The notes under the pieces were generated by a model. The model saw nothing but the letters and a program-made list of their open reading frames with translations, made no database searches and was not told where the DNA came from. DNA of 64,000 nucleotides, taken from NCBI RefSeq assembly GCF_000143415.4, contig NW_003314321.1:1002236-1066235 (forward strand), read 5' to 3'. Below are positions 36,744-49,329 of this stretch, piece after piece; position 1 is the stretch's first letter, and each line of letters opens with the position of its first letter. Made by a program: the position numbers and the translations under genes. This DNA is from Selaginella moellendorffii. Taxonomy: Eukaryota > Plantae > Lycopodiophyta.

Positions 36744-38780
36744 ATGGGCGAGGTGGAGTACTATGCGTCGCGGCTGCGAGAGATCCAGGAGCTCGACCAC
36801 GGCAAAGCGATTCATGCACAGATCTCGGCCAGGTACCGCAAGGTCTCTACATTTCTGGAAAATCTTCTTGTGAAAATGTATGGCCAATGCGGCAGCATCG
36901 AAGACGCGAAGGCTGTCTTTGATGGAATTCGACCCAAGAATGTGTACTCCTGGAATATCATGATTGCGGCATATGCCGTGAACGGGCATTTGATTGAGGC
37001 AATTGGTTTGTTCCAGGAGATGGCGGTCAAGCCGAGCAGGGTCACGTTTCTTAGCGTTCTAGCGGCTTGTGCGCAATTGCGGTGCCTAGAGATTGGCCAG
37101 GAGATTCACGCGAGAGCTCTTTGCAGCGGGTTTGGATCTGACACCACAGTTGCGAACTCGCTCATCAATCTCTACAGCAAGTGCCAGAGATTGGAGAGCG
37201 CGAGGTACGTTTTCTCCGTCATGCCTGACAGGAATGTGATCTCCTGGACGTCGATGATTGATGCGTGCGTGCAGTGTGGCGACCACCGTGAGGCTCGTGC
37301 TCTGTTCCTACGTATGGATCTCGAAGGAGTGAAGCCCAACGAGATGACTTTTTCCAACCTCTTGAGCGCGTGCTCGTTGCTCGTCCAAGGTCGGTCGATC
37401 CATGCTCGTCTCGTTGCTTGTGGATACGCAACTGATGTTGGTGTTTGTAATTCTCTTGTGAGCATGTATAGCAGGTGTGGGAGCCTTGAAGAAGCGACTA
37501 ATGTTTTCGAAAACATGCCGGCAAGAGATCGTGTTTCTTGGACTGCAGTGATCACTGCATATGCCCGGGTTGGGCATCGTCACCACTCAAAGTCAGCGCT
37601 TGAATGCTTTCGAAAAATGGTCGAGCAGGGAGTGGCACCCGATGAGATCACGTACATCAGCGTCCTGGGCGCATGCTCCTGCGCGGGATGTCTCGCAACT
37701 GGCCGGATGATTCACGAAGACATCATCTCCCAAGGGTTGGACGCACTTCTTCCCGTGAGAAACTCTCTGGTGAGCATGTATGGCAAATGCGGGAGGCTGG
37801 ACGAGGCCAGGGACGTGTTTAATTTCACAAAGGGGAAGAGTATCGTGTCCTGGACTGCTATGATTTCTGCATATGCCCAACACGGGCATAGCGAAGAGGC
37901 ACAGTCGGTTTTTCAGAGAATGGAACTGGAGGGAATCCAACCAAGTGAAGTCAGCTTCACCAGCATTCTCTACGCTTGCAGCCACGCAGGGTCGCTTTCT
38001 CAGGGGCATCGATTTTTTCTGGCTATGGTGGGTGACGAACGGGATATCTCACCGCTTGTTGAGCACTACCACTGTTTGATCGATCTTCTCAGTCGCTCGG
38101 GACAGCTCGAAGCAGCCGAAGAACTCATACGAACTATGCCTTTCGAGGCCGATATTGTTCCGTGGATAGCTCTGCTCGGCACGTGCAAAGCTATCCTCAG
38201 ATTGGAAGTGGGAATGCGAGTAGTGGAAGAGATTCTTCTCAAACTTACGGGGTCCAAGTCCCCGGGGCCTTACATCTTGGTCTCCAACTTTTGTGCTGCC
38301 GCCGGGAGATGGGATTATGTTGTGAAAGTTAGAAAGCTCATGAGCGAGACAGGGGTTACACAGAGACCGGGTTGCAGCTTTGTCGAAGTTGGGAACGAGA
38401 TCCACGAGTTTGTAGCTGGCGACTCCTCTCACGAATGCTACCATGAGATCCACGAGGAGCTCAAAAGTTTGCACTCACGGATGAAACAAGCAGGCTATGT
38501 ACCAGATACAAGCCAGGTGCTATGGGGTGGAAATCAAGAGGAAAAGGAAAAGAGTCTGTGCTTTCACAGTGAGCGGCTAGCGATATCTTTTGCTCTTGTC
38601 GCTAGTCCTCCAGGAACTCCGGTGTGGGTGACCAAGAACTTAAGAGTTTGCACGGACTGTCACACTGCTACAAAGTTCATAGCTAAACTTGCTAGAAGAG
38701 AGATTGTGGTTCGGGATTCCAGCAGGTTCCATCGCTTTAGTAGTGACAATGGAGGCTGCTCATGCGGAGACTACTGGTGA
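36744..38780 (+). CDS. PLS-class PPR protein with complete E/E+/DYW domain (organellar C-to-U editing factor)
   Basis: Intronless ORF; PG box PGCSFVEV, HSERLA, KNLRVCTDCH, terminal CSCGDYW. Confidence 0.97.
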   Translation: MGEVEYYASRLREIQELDHGKAIHAQISARYRKVSTFLENLLVKMYGQCGSIEDAKAVFDGIRPKNVYSWNIMIAAYAVNGHLIEAIGLFQEMAVKPSRVTFLSVLAACAQLRCLEIGQEIHARALCSGFGSDTTVANSLINLYSKCQRLESARYVFSVMPDRNVISWTSMIDACVQCGDHREARALFLRMDLEGVKPNEMTFSNLLSACSLLVQGRSIHARLVACGYATDVGVCNSLVSMYSRCGSLEEATNVFENMPARDRVSWTAVITAYARVGHRHHSKSALECFRKMVEQGVAPDEITYISVLGACSCAGCLATGRMIHEDIISQGLDALLPVRNSLVSMYGKCGRLDEARDVFNFTKGKSIVSWTAMISAYAQHGHSEEAQSVFQRMELEGIQPSEVSFTSILYACSHAGSLSQGHRFFLAMVGDERDISPLVEHYHCLIDLLSRSGQLEAAEELIRTMPFEADIVPWIALLGTCKAILRLEVGMRVVEEILLKLTGSKSPGPYILVSNFCAAAGRWDYVVKVRKLMSETGVTQRPGCSFVEVGNEIHEFVAGDSSHECYHEIHEELKSLHSRMKQAGYVPDTSQVLWGGNQEEKEKSLCFHSERLAISFALVASPPGTPVWVTKNLRVCTDCHTATKFIAKLARREIVVRDSSRFHRFSSDNGGCSCGDYW

Positions 38781-41299
38781 TCAATTAGTGACTGGGAGAC
38801 AAAACCAAAAGAAAAAGAGAAAAGTTTTTCATTGATGCGTGAAGATTATGATCTGTGGAAAGGATTAGGACATGCCGTGGCAGTGGAGACTTGGAGAAAT
38901 AGTTCACGAACTAAAACTAAAACAATGGCAATGTTCATATCACAGCACCATGGAGGTGAAGGGAGAAAAAAAGAAGAAGAAAGACGAGCTCTGTTCTTGT
39001 CGACAAGACTCCAACAAGGAACTAAATCCCAGGAAGCAGTAGTTATGCAACTGAGTTGGATATATGTCTTCATGCTTGGGACAACTTCTATTGTACTTGC
39101 GGCTATGGTTTAAACAAGATAATTACTATCTCAGTATAAAACCATACTTTTGAAGGAGCGCTCAACGCTTAGCTTTTCTACAAGCTATAGAATACCATGT
39201 ACAAAGTATTAGCTTTTTTGAGTTTTTGGTTGTTTGAATTGCTATATTCATTTTTTTATGCTGTTAGAGAATGGCTCATTAATTCTAAATTAAATGGCCA
39301 CACTTAGTTCCATTTCAAGGTTTCAATGCACAAATCCTTTCTCACGAAGAAGATCACCACAATGTGCAGTGTTGTCCAGTTTATAGGGGCCTACTTGAAC
39401 CAATAGCATTAAATTCCTGAGACACATCAGAAAAATGTCCATTAATATTTTTATTTCACTATTTTCTTCTCTGGTCCTTTGACGAATTGTCTCGTCAATT
39501 TAAGTCTTATTTCTAAGTTGAAACAACTCCAAATCCACCAACTACTCTACTGTCTTGTTTAGAACTTCACACACCCCAAGATCCGGTTTTGGTATCTCCA
39601 AATAAAGTTTGTCAGAAAATTGAATGGTCTAATTTCAATAATAAAGTTGACTTTTCTGGCTGTGACAACCACAGCCAGCCAGCAAGCCACAGCCTGAAGG
39701 CATTGGCTGTGGCCGTGGCCTTGCCCAATGGCCACGGCCTCAATTGCCAATGACACTGCTCTGACCTGGCTTGCTATACAGCAATGGTTGCTGCCATGCT
39801 CACTATGGCACTGCACGACTGTATTGGGGACGTCTAGGGTTTTGCTGCCTTGGTGGTGTGCTTGATCATGTTGGGGCATGCTCTAGTGATTACGTTGGGT
39901 GAAAGTGATTACTCAACATCTGGGTTGTGTTTCATTTCTCTCTCTCAATGCAGAAGAATCAGTTTTGAAAGAGTGATCTCGACAAGCATGAAGTCCGATC
40001 AACTATAAGTAGAGCAAGCGGGCAATAAAGTCTTCTCCAATCCAAGAGCTTGGAACAACACGTTTTTCTTTGCCATGCTTTGTTTCTTTTGCCTAGCATT
40101 GGATAAGATTAAAAAATTGTGTGGGAATATAAAATTGTCAAAGTATACTCTAGAAGTGAACAGCTTTGGAACCGGTGTGGGTTATGCTGATGATGATGAT
40201 GGTGATGGGAGAAAATGGACTTAAAGATTTTATCATAGCACTTTAAGTTATTATCTCAAGATATTAGATGGTTTTTGATCATGGGATAGGATTTAAATAT
40301 ATTGTCACCATGCATTTTTGGAACATTTAAGGATAAAATCTCTCATCCAAAGTAGTTACCCTTTTCTAAGTTGTTTATTAGTCTTCATATAACATAATCT
40401 AAGGGATATAAAATATTGGCATACCAAATAGTACAAAATTTCTGTTGTAGGAGACTAAGGACTCCCCACTAGTGCAAGGATTGTATAAGGACTTTAAGTC
40501 AAAATTATATATAAATTTAATAGTTGGTGGCAATCTAATATACTCATAGCTACATAAGCATCATATAATTTGTTAAGTAGATTGTTCTTGAACTATACAA
40601 ATACCTTTGACAGAGTTGTACAATCTACTAATGACTATCATTATTGAAGAAGCTTCTTTGAAGAAGCTACTTGTTCTATAGCTTCTTAAAAAGAAGCTAT
40701 TTGTTCCATACTGAAAACCAAGATAAACAAATAGCCAAATGCATACTTGAATTCCTATAAAGGAAACCAGACCTTTTATGCATTGAAAACAATCCTCACT
40801 AACAATCTTCCAAATCGGTTTATATTTTTCCACATGTCTACATGAAAAATATGCTTTTCGTATATCCACTTGAATATATTTCCTATATGCTGCACTTTTT
40901 GTACAGGTGGAGTGACAAATATATATACTCTTAACTAGCTCGTATACAACATCTAATGCTCTCTCTAGCATCTAAGGCAAACTAAACCTTACGCACTCGT
41001 TAATTCTGATTTGAATTACTTACTGTTTTTAATAGATTATAGTTTACTAGAAATTAAATTTAAATTTTAAAAAATGCTAATGGCTGGATCCAAAGGTACT
41101 CACTAGATTCAGTCAGGTAAAGATGACTCCGGCACTCAAGTTCCCGGTGCCAAGCTGCTCATGGATGTTCTCAGACTATATATTGCTATTGCTTTTTGCT
41201 TTTTAAAACTTCATGTAACAATTCTTTCATTTTGCATAAAAAATCTCCATGTGACCTATTCTGATGTACCCAATGCATGAATAAATACTCAAAATTCAA

Positions 41300-42748
41300 A
41301 CAGTCGGAACAAGGATCGGACTAGCCAACCTTCCCAGCATCATGATGGTAGCTTGCGGGTTAGTCCCTGGTGTAGACTTGAACACAGCCGCCGTGGGTAT
41401 GCCAGTCCCACCGCGGATCCACGGGACTCGGGGCTGTAAGTCGAGTCTCGGAACGCTGGAGCTCGTGTTGCGTTCGAAATGCAGGCGCTCGTCTCGCTGA
41501 TGAAAAGCCCTGGCCAGGTGATCGATCTGCAAACCCTCCAGAAATCTGCGGATCGATTCAAGGATCACTACTCGTGGCTTGTGCAGAAGATCGCAGGTGT
41601 TTCCAGGGGCGAGCTCAAGCTCGTCTCGAGGAGCATCGTAGATTCAACCATTATCAGGCCCCGGAAGATCTGGTCAGAGGCGTGGATGCCAACGACCTCG
41701 AGTAGGGCGCTCCCTGGCGTTGAACGTTGACTATAGCATTGCTGGGGCATATCCCCCATTGTCTTGCCCATACTGGGCAAATGCTGCACGACGGAATCCC
41801 AAGCTTTTGCAGATCCCGGGCATCTCCAATTCCGCTCAGGAGCAGCAACTGCGGCTGCCAAGAGCACCCGCGGAGAGGATGATCTCGCTACTGGGTTTGG
41901 AGCTCAGAATCGCTCTGTGTTCATTGCCAAATTCATCCATAAACTGGACTCCAGAAGCTCGTGGAGCTCCGCTGCCTACGAGACAAACTTATGACACCCA
42001 AACAGCAGAAAAATCGAAGAACAGTGCGGGAAGAAGAAGTGTACCTGAAGACCAGAGATGTCGTCGCGTACAGCAACACTTCGAGCTTGCTGGGATGTGC
42101 ATACTCGAGGAGATCCGCCGAGGAGTGCCGGACGCCATCGCTGTCGAAGATCACGCCGCCAACCTTGGTGCCCAGCTTGTGCTCGAACTTGAACCCGTTG
42201 TCGGGCAGCCCGGTCTCCACCAGCGCCCGCTTCAGAGACCGCTGCCAAGCCGGGATGGCGGGCTTGAAAGCTTCGGGCGAATCCCCCGCAGCCCCCACAT
42301 CCTCCTTTACCACAGTTGACTAAGCTTGACTATTTTGGCGTGTTGTTGACCTTCGTTGACTGGTGTTCCCCGCCGAGGACTCGCCCCTGTGACCCGGGAC
42401 ACCATCCTCCGACAGGAATGCTTCATCCGGTGAGGTTTTGTTGTCTGCTTTAAAGAGGTTCACGTGCCATCCTTCCTGCCGCTCCAGAAGCAGCACCGCA
42501 AACTTCACTGAGAGCGTGGCTGCAATTGGGCAGCTAGAAGCACCCCCGCCAACAACAATGTAGTCGAACTGGGCTGCGGGATCGAATGTGGATGCATTCC
42601 TACTTGTTCCTCGAACCTAGTAAGACACACAGAACAATTATCAGTCCAGACTTTGTACAGACTCCAGAAACAACGTCCAACCTCGAACTGAATTTACGAG
42701 CAAAGCAAACATGAACAAGAACACGAGACGACCCAGTACTAAACCCAT
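41300..42748 (-). pseudogene. GMC oxidoreductase (HOTHEAD/mandelonitrile-lyase-like) pseudogene
   Basis: Signal peptide MGLVLGRLVFLFMFALL; FDYIVVGGG, VLLLER, GTKVGGVIFDSDGVRHSSADLL, VILSAGALGS, LLLSGIG, PGTNPQATIMMLGR spread over shifting frames with deletions. Confidence 0.88.
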
Positions 42749-44044
42749 TCCTGTTGCACGACTTATAGCCAGAGATAGCTTGCAATGTCGCCTGCCTTTG
42801 CATTAATTAATGCCGGATACGTGGATGACGCTGCATGCCTGATGGAGAATGGTAACTGATATTGGACAGCGGTTATCCAGCGCTTTCATCAGAACTTTCG
42901 GATTTCAACATGTCTGAGTCCCACTAGAGTCTGAAGTCTGAGTGAGTCCCACTAAAGTTTCTAGTATATGGTAGAAAAATCTAACAAATAAAAAATCTCA
43001 AAATTCGAATCTGCTCTGAAAAGGATACAAGAATTGGTACTCTTTCAGCATTTATCACAATAGCCATGCAAAATTTGCCATCACTTTCTTCCAGGAGATG
43101 AAGTTGGAAGGAGCAAAACCCTGGAGATGATGCCTCTTTTGTGATCGTTCTCTCCCAGATTGGCGTGCTCGAGAGCAATCGGAGTTTCTTTACCAGGATT
43201 TTGGAGTGGAGCACTAGGTACTGCTGCATGTTGCTTGCCAAGAAGAGCATGCCATTCGTCTGGATAAGGTGGACGTTGCACTTGCCAGAAGCACCAAAAC
43301 ACAGAAAAACATTACGGATGTACAAATGAATTTTTTTAAATGATAAGCTAAATTGGGTTAGAGGAGCTGGGAAAGTACGATTTGGCGCATGCGGATCGAG
43401 GGATGACAGCCGACGCCGCATACCCGGGGGGGAGGAGCTGCTTTGGGTGCTCACAGTGCGCTTCCATCGCGGCATTCATTGAAGATGCTTGCTGGAGAGA
43501 GGGGCAAGCGCAAGAGCAAGGCCAAGAACTTCCATCTGGTTGGCAGCGGTGGTACGATTCTCCACTACGGGAAATCCAAGCACCACGACTTCGCAAAGCA
43601 GGGAATCTACGTGTATATGGAGGCCTGGACGCTGTGGGATTGTGAGGACTAACCCAAGGCAGCTGGCTTAACCATCACGGACATGCCAGCTCGGTAGTAC
43701 TACTACTGCGGCCAGAGACATCTTTTACTCGGATACTCGGACACGGTCGACGCAGGAAAGAGGAGCTTAGCTCTCCCTGCAAGTGAAGAACGAGCTGGAT
43801 ACCTGCAGAACATGTTGTACAGTTGGCTGGAACTAAAAGACGAGAAAGCAAAGAACCCACCTATAGTCAAAGAACATATTCGCAAAGGCATAGTCGATGA
43901 GGTCCCTGAGCTTACTTGCATCGATTATGTTGAGTTAAAGGCGGATGAACTATTCAAGCTCAACACTGAAGAGAAACGTGACAAGGCTGCGTGAGCCTGG
44001 AGCCTTGTCGAGTTGCTCGAGTGTAGCTATTCTTTCTCCAGGCT

Positions 44045-44205
44045 CCTGTCGAGTTGCTGCATAAGCTCCTCTATCCATCCCACTCCAGGCTGTCTGTCCA
44101 TGTCGAAACAAGTGTCCCGCTATGAGCAAACATACTAAACTCCAGGCTCTGACAAGGCTGCGTGAAGTGGGATGGATAGAGGAGCTTATGCAGCAACTCG
44201 ACAGG
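44045..44205. repeat. Perfect 40-bp inverted repeat with 81-nt spacer
   Basis: 44045-44084 is the exact reverse complement of 44166-44205. Confidence 0.95.
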
Positions 44206-44567
44206 TGCAAGCCATACGCTGAGCTCCACTATGACCTGTTGTTCGTGGTTCCTGAAAACATCTACGGTTCTTTCTCCGAACATTTCTGGTGAAGAACGGG
44301 TATGAGAAATCCCCTGCAACCAGTGAAGCAATTTGTACTGAAGATCGACCTGTAGACTTCGGAATAACAATGCGAACCAAGACTACGCATGAAGCCATGC
44401 ACCAGCTTGATGGCGGCGTACACGCGTAATGGCAAGATCCGCGAGGAGATGTTCCGCCAGGGTCGCTTTTCCACCCCCAATGATTCATACACAAACAACA
44501 AGTCTTGGGGCTTTTTGCTGGGAGGAAGTTAAAAATCTCACGTTACATAAATTTCATAACTGCTTCA

Positions 44568-44870
44568 GTTGAAGTTGGGAACTTCATCTATGTTGAAGTT
44601 GGGAACGAGATCCACGAGTTTGAAGCTGGCGACTCCTCTCGTGAACGCTACCATGAGATCCGCGATGAGCTCGAAAGGTTGCACTCTCGGATGAAGGCTA
44701 CGTATCGGATACAAACCGGGTGGAAAAGCCTAGCGATAGCTTTGGCTCTTGTTGCTACTCTTGACCAATTTGTACGAACTATCACACTGCTACTAAGTTC
44801 ATAGCTAAGCTCTCTGATATCGTATTCTATCAGGTTCCATCGCTTTAGAACGATGGAGGCTGCTCATGAG
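44568..44870 (+). pseudogene. Decayed copy of the E+/DYW tail of the PPR gene at 36744-38780
   Basis: VEVGNEIHEFEAGDSS..YHEI.DEL..LHSRMK and caggttccatcgctttag..ggaggctgctcatg match 38384-38765; HSE and CxxC segments deleted. Confidence 0.9.
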
Positions 44871-44899
44871 ACGTGATTGATCAGTGGGGGGACATATGT

Positions 44900-46920
44900 T
44901 TCTCGTGGAGATTATCAACACTGGATTGGATCGGAACATGCCGTGACAGTGAAGACTTGGAGAAATAATTTTCACGAAGAGAAGCTACAAAACAATGCGA
45001 GTACAAAGCGGAGTGCGATGTCCGTGTCACACAACAGTGGAGGCGAAGGGACAAAAAAAAAAGAAGAAACCGTGTTCGCCTCCAAAATGAAAGCAAAGTG
45101 GAAGATATGCTCGTCCATCATAGTTTTGCGGAGCTGCTCGAGTCGATGGTGTTGACAATTACTCTCATTGCGAAGTGAAAGATTGGGTGCCAAGATGAAA
45201 GCGATGGTGATTCTCACGGACTCTCCTCGCTCGTGGATTCCCTGCTAGAGGATTCATTCACCAGGTCAACGGGAATCCTTCAGTGGTGATTTGCGAAGAA
45301 GCTTTGGAAGCATGCGCTTCTTTTTCTGGGGAATCTGTGAAAAGACACGATTGGTCCTCTTTCTTTGCAGTTTCAAATTAATTTCCTCAAGAGACTCTAC
45401 TTCTGCTTCTTTTGGTGGATACTCTCTCACTCATACTCAGGTACATGTTCTACTTTTCTTCTTGGGAGAAGTCTTACGCTTCCTCTTGGAACAGGAGAAA
45501 GATTCTAACACACTTCGTATCTTGGACAGAGCGAGGCCCTTGGCGAGGGCTTCTTCAGGTGCGTTGCTTTCGAGTTTTGAGCCCCACACACCTGGAGGTG
45601 AAGAACTCTTAAACTCGTTGGTATGCAGTCTGAGTTTCTTCATGAGCACTTCAATCCACTCAGAGAATATCAGAAGAATCCTTCCTAGCGTCACTTGTAG
45701 CAGCTCCATAGATTTGCTTCAGCTGCTGGAGCATCTTGTTGCACAACCCACGGCTTTCAGGCCTCGACTTGAAAAGTTTCCAGGCACCCGCTTTCCAGGC
45801 TTCGTTCTCGACATCCAGAGCCGCTGGAAAGTAAGAAGTCCCTGCTCAGACTGAGCTTGGTTTGGTGCATTTCCTTATGCAACAGGACTGAGTCAGATTC
45901 TGAAAATGAAAGGCAGTGCTCGCTGCTTGCAAGTTGGACAGACGATCAAGCTCGGATAGGGGAAGCTATCGGCAGAGGTGTGCTGCCCCTGGACGTCCGT
46001 GTACAAAGTGGACGATGCTGCACATTGTCATTAGCCGATTATATATCTTCATGGAATGAGGAAAGTTCTATGTATTGAAATTTTAATGTGAAATTAAATA
46101 TAAATGAAATCATTTAGTACTAAATGCAAATGTTTTATTTAGTAAAGTGTTTAAAATATTAAAAAGAGTGTTAAATAATGCATAATTTACACAACAAGGT
46201 GGCAAATGTTTCTCCTCTTTGGGCCAGTGATTTGCGTTTGAGCTCCTTGAATGGTCTCATGGGTGACTGTCTGGAGCTGCTGCTAGCCTCGGTGGCCTGC
46301 GTTTGCCTCTACTTTGCAGGGTTGAAGTGTTTGCCTTGGAACTCTGCTGCAGCGAGAGAAGATGTTGATGCTTGTTGCCCGCTCCTTGCAAAACAACAGT
46401 GATGCCCTGTTTAAGACGAAGGAACTGCATTGAGTATGCGAGAGTGTGGACGATAGTTTGGTTGACAATCTCGCCTCTGTTGTCAGCTCGCGGTCGACTT
46501 GTTAGCATCTTGTCCTTTGAGGCTTGGAAGAGCCACAACAACTACTGGTGATCGTTCAGTGGCAAGGAAGATAAAGAAAAGGAAAACGAAAACAGTTCCA
46601 AGACATGAGCTTGCATGGAGATTGGAGAATGGAAGGGACTGCGATGTCCGTGTCACACAACAGTGGAGGCAAAAACAAAAGAAAGAATAAAGGAGCTCAG
46701 TTGATATGCCGTGCTCATGTTGACGAGACTCATTGTGCGCTCCAAGCCGCTCGAGATTATCAGTGCTGGAATCCGGGGAAATCACTGGTGTTGACGATTA
46801 CACTCCTCGCGAGGACGACTTAAAGATTTGCGTGCCAGGATGAAAGCGATGGAGATTCGAGAATAACATGATTCTTTCAACGAGAATCATCCAGTGGAGG
46901 ATTTGCTACGTGGACCGGAA
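44900..46920 (+). repeat. Dispersed local duplicates of the DYW-gene 3' flank (44900-45310 and 46590-46920; partly 38830-39000)
   Basis: Shared blocks gcgatgtccgtgtcacacaacagtggaggc and ggtgttgac.attac..gtgcca.gatgaaagcgatgg. Confidence 0.75.
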
Positions 46921-47279
46921 GCATGAGAAGCATTAAACTATCTGCGGAGAAGGGAGAAGGCCTCTCTCTCTCTTATAAATCAGGTACGTATCTTACACTT
47001 TTCTTCTAGGGAAGGGAGTAACATTTTCTCTCGAACAGGTCCCCCCATCGCATAGAAAACACATCCTTTTCTTCCTGGCGGACTACTTTGCGTCTTGGAC
47101 CGAACGAGACCAGCTTTTTCCAACCATTCTACTATTCTTGCAATCAAGCAAACTGTGATACTTCTCACATCGTAGCTGCAGGTTCTTATCATAGCGCTCT
47201 TCTTCTTCTTCTTTTTTCCTTTTGCCTTTTCTCATTCTCACTCACTCTTTTGGTTGCAGTAGCGTTTGGCAAAACCAAT

Positions 47280-48720
47280 TTACCGCTGCTCTTCAGCCTC
47301 CGTCACATCTCCATCGTCCTCCTCCTCGGAAGCAGTGGTGGCGCTAGCTTTCCTGGGGCTCAAAACTTCCCCCTCTTCCTTGGAGGATTTTAAGAGCTCT
47401 TGCTTCTCATAAAACACCAATGGCTCAGCTGGGGAAGCGTGGAGATTTGCAAAGAAATCTTGAGCCTGGCTTTGCTGGAGAGGATTACTTTGCATACTCG
47501 GTGCTGCTTGATGGTGATCAAACACTGCATACTCTGGAGGAACCCAGATGCTCCCAAGAACAACAACTTGAGGGGATTTCTGGGCTGCTGTTCCTGGGGC
47601 TACTGTCGCCGGTCTTCTCGTGTGGAGTCGATACTTCTGCTTGATCCAACGAAAAGAAAATCAATCGAATCGACTTCGAGATGAAACTGGATCACTCACC
47701 TGGAGGTGGCTTTTTACTTCATCGTTTGTAAGACCATCTACCTTCATGAGTTCTCGGATTTGCTTTGGAGTGGCAACTGGATCAAGAAGAAGAAACCTTT
47801 AAGAACTTTCGATCGAGCGCTTGAATTCAGAATAACTGTCGCACCTTGGGATCCTCCGAGCTGCTGTAAAGCATTGACAAATCGTCGATGGAGCTCCGGA
47901 GACCAGCACCGCCTCGCCTTTCTTTGTTGGTGTAAAGTAGAGTTTGAGCAAATGCCGCTGCTAGGCATTTGCTGCAAGGAAAGCTCTACTAGAGGCAAAT
48001 TTGACTCGCTGCCTTGAAACTTTATGAAGCCAGTTTTCTTTTGTTCCAGAGATAAGCAAATAGACGAGGAGAGGCAAAGTTCAGCTTGATCCCATTTCTT
48101 GTCTCGCACAAAAGGCGCAAAAGCACCGGAATCAGCTGATGCCGTCGATGATCTGAGAGCTTTTCTTGTCTGAGAAGTGGAAACGAAACTATGAATTCCT
48201 GTGGGAGAAATCTATGAACCACTTACTTCAAATTCTCCATCCTCACGGGGTGATTGCGATGGGAAACAAGCGAGCTGCATCCAATTTTGCTTTGGAGTGG
48301 ATGGTCTTTCCTCAAAATCGCGATGATCCTCGGCCTCGCTCTTGGGCTTTCCAAGAAGAAAGCCTGAGCGATTCTCGAGAAAGAGCTCCAGCTTGGGCGG
48401 ATTTTCCTCTTCCATCTCTGTTTTGTAGCTCTCGTCCAAACATCCCCTGGTCGATTGGATAGCTTCATTGGAAGAGATAAGAAAAGCTTGCAAGGCTAGA
48501 CTGACTGACCATGCCATGGATTACCTTGCTCGAGCAAATTCATGCAGCAGGGAAGCTCTCGCTTGAAAGCCTCAATCTTTTGCCTTTCCTGTTGGAGAGC
48601 TTGCAAATAATCCTCCATCCTCCTCCGAGTTTGCTGGTCACTCGAGTCCCTCTTTACGATCGCGCATCCCAATGTGAGATCCGGCGCCTCTGCTTGCCCA
48701 AATTCCTCCTCTGGATTCAT
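47280..48720 (-). CDS. GARP/G2-like MYB transcription factor, HHO/NIGT1/HRS1 subfamily
   Basis: N-terminal [19 protein letters not shown] coiled coil; [26 protein letters not shown]|[26 protein letters not shown]|KYRLHTRRP. Confidence 0.94.
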
Positions 48721-48779
48721 CGCCGCAGCGAATTTAGATCACGAGACCAGTTGGAGAGAGCGAGAGATGAAGAAGATAC

Positions 48780-49180
48780 GGATATTCGGTGGCCCCCAAA
48801 GTCAGTGCTCGTATATCCCTCGTTAGATACCCGGCCATTGGATGGAAGAAGAAAATACTAGAAGAGGAAGAAAGGATTGGTGCCATAGACCGACGGGTCG
48901 CATTGATTACTCTACCGGGAATCTATGTAGTTTGCCCTTCCATTGCCATTGGCTCTCTAGATTCCTAAGTTCCTAAGCTACCACCATAAGATACTCTGAA
49001 GAAATCCAAACCCCTGGGTCCCCAAATCCCATTTGTGCAACTTGGGCGGGTATCTCACAATCCATCCATCCAGGATAGAAAAAAGGAAAAGAATTCCAAG
49101 ACTAAGATGAGATTTACAAATCTTTGGATCGATTTTGTTACTCGACAATTCTTAGCCTCTGGTTGGGGGAGGGGATATGC
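48780..49180. promoter_or_regulatory. Cluster of P1BS (GNATATNC) and GARP-type sites upstream of the HHO/NIGT1 gene
   Basis: GGATATTC 48780-48787, GTATATCC 48811-48818, GGATATGC 49173-49180, plus several GAATC/GATTC/AGATAC words. Confidence 0.6.
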
Positions 49181-49329
49181 GTGTCAGCCGGGATTCTTAC
49201 TCTGGACCCATTCTCCTACAATGATTCCTTTTCTTCCATCATGGTGCCTTATATTCTCACCGATCAGCTTCTCTTTTCTTCGTTGAAAATGTCGATCGTA
49301 ATGTAGCGTTGAGCGATTGCGACCGCGCT

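Noticed and set aside
40573-40971. ORF containing DIRKAY (LINE RT-like)
   Set aside because: Single short motif without flanking RT motifs
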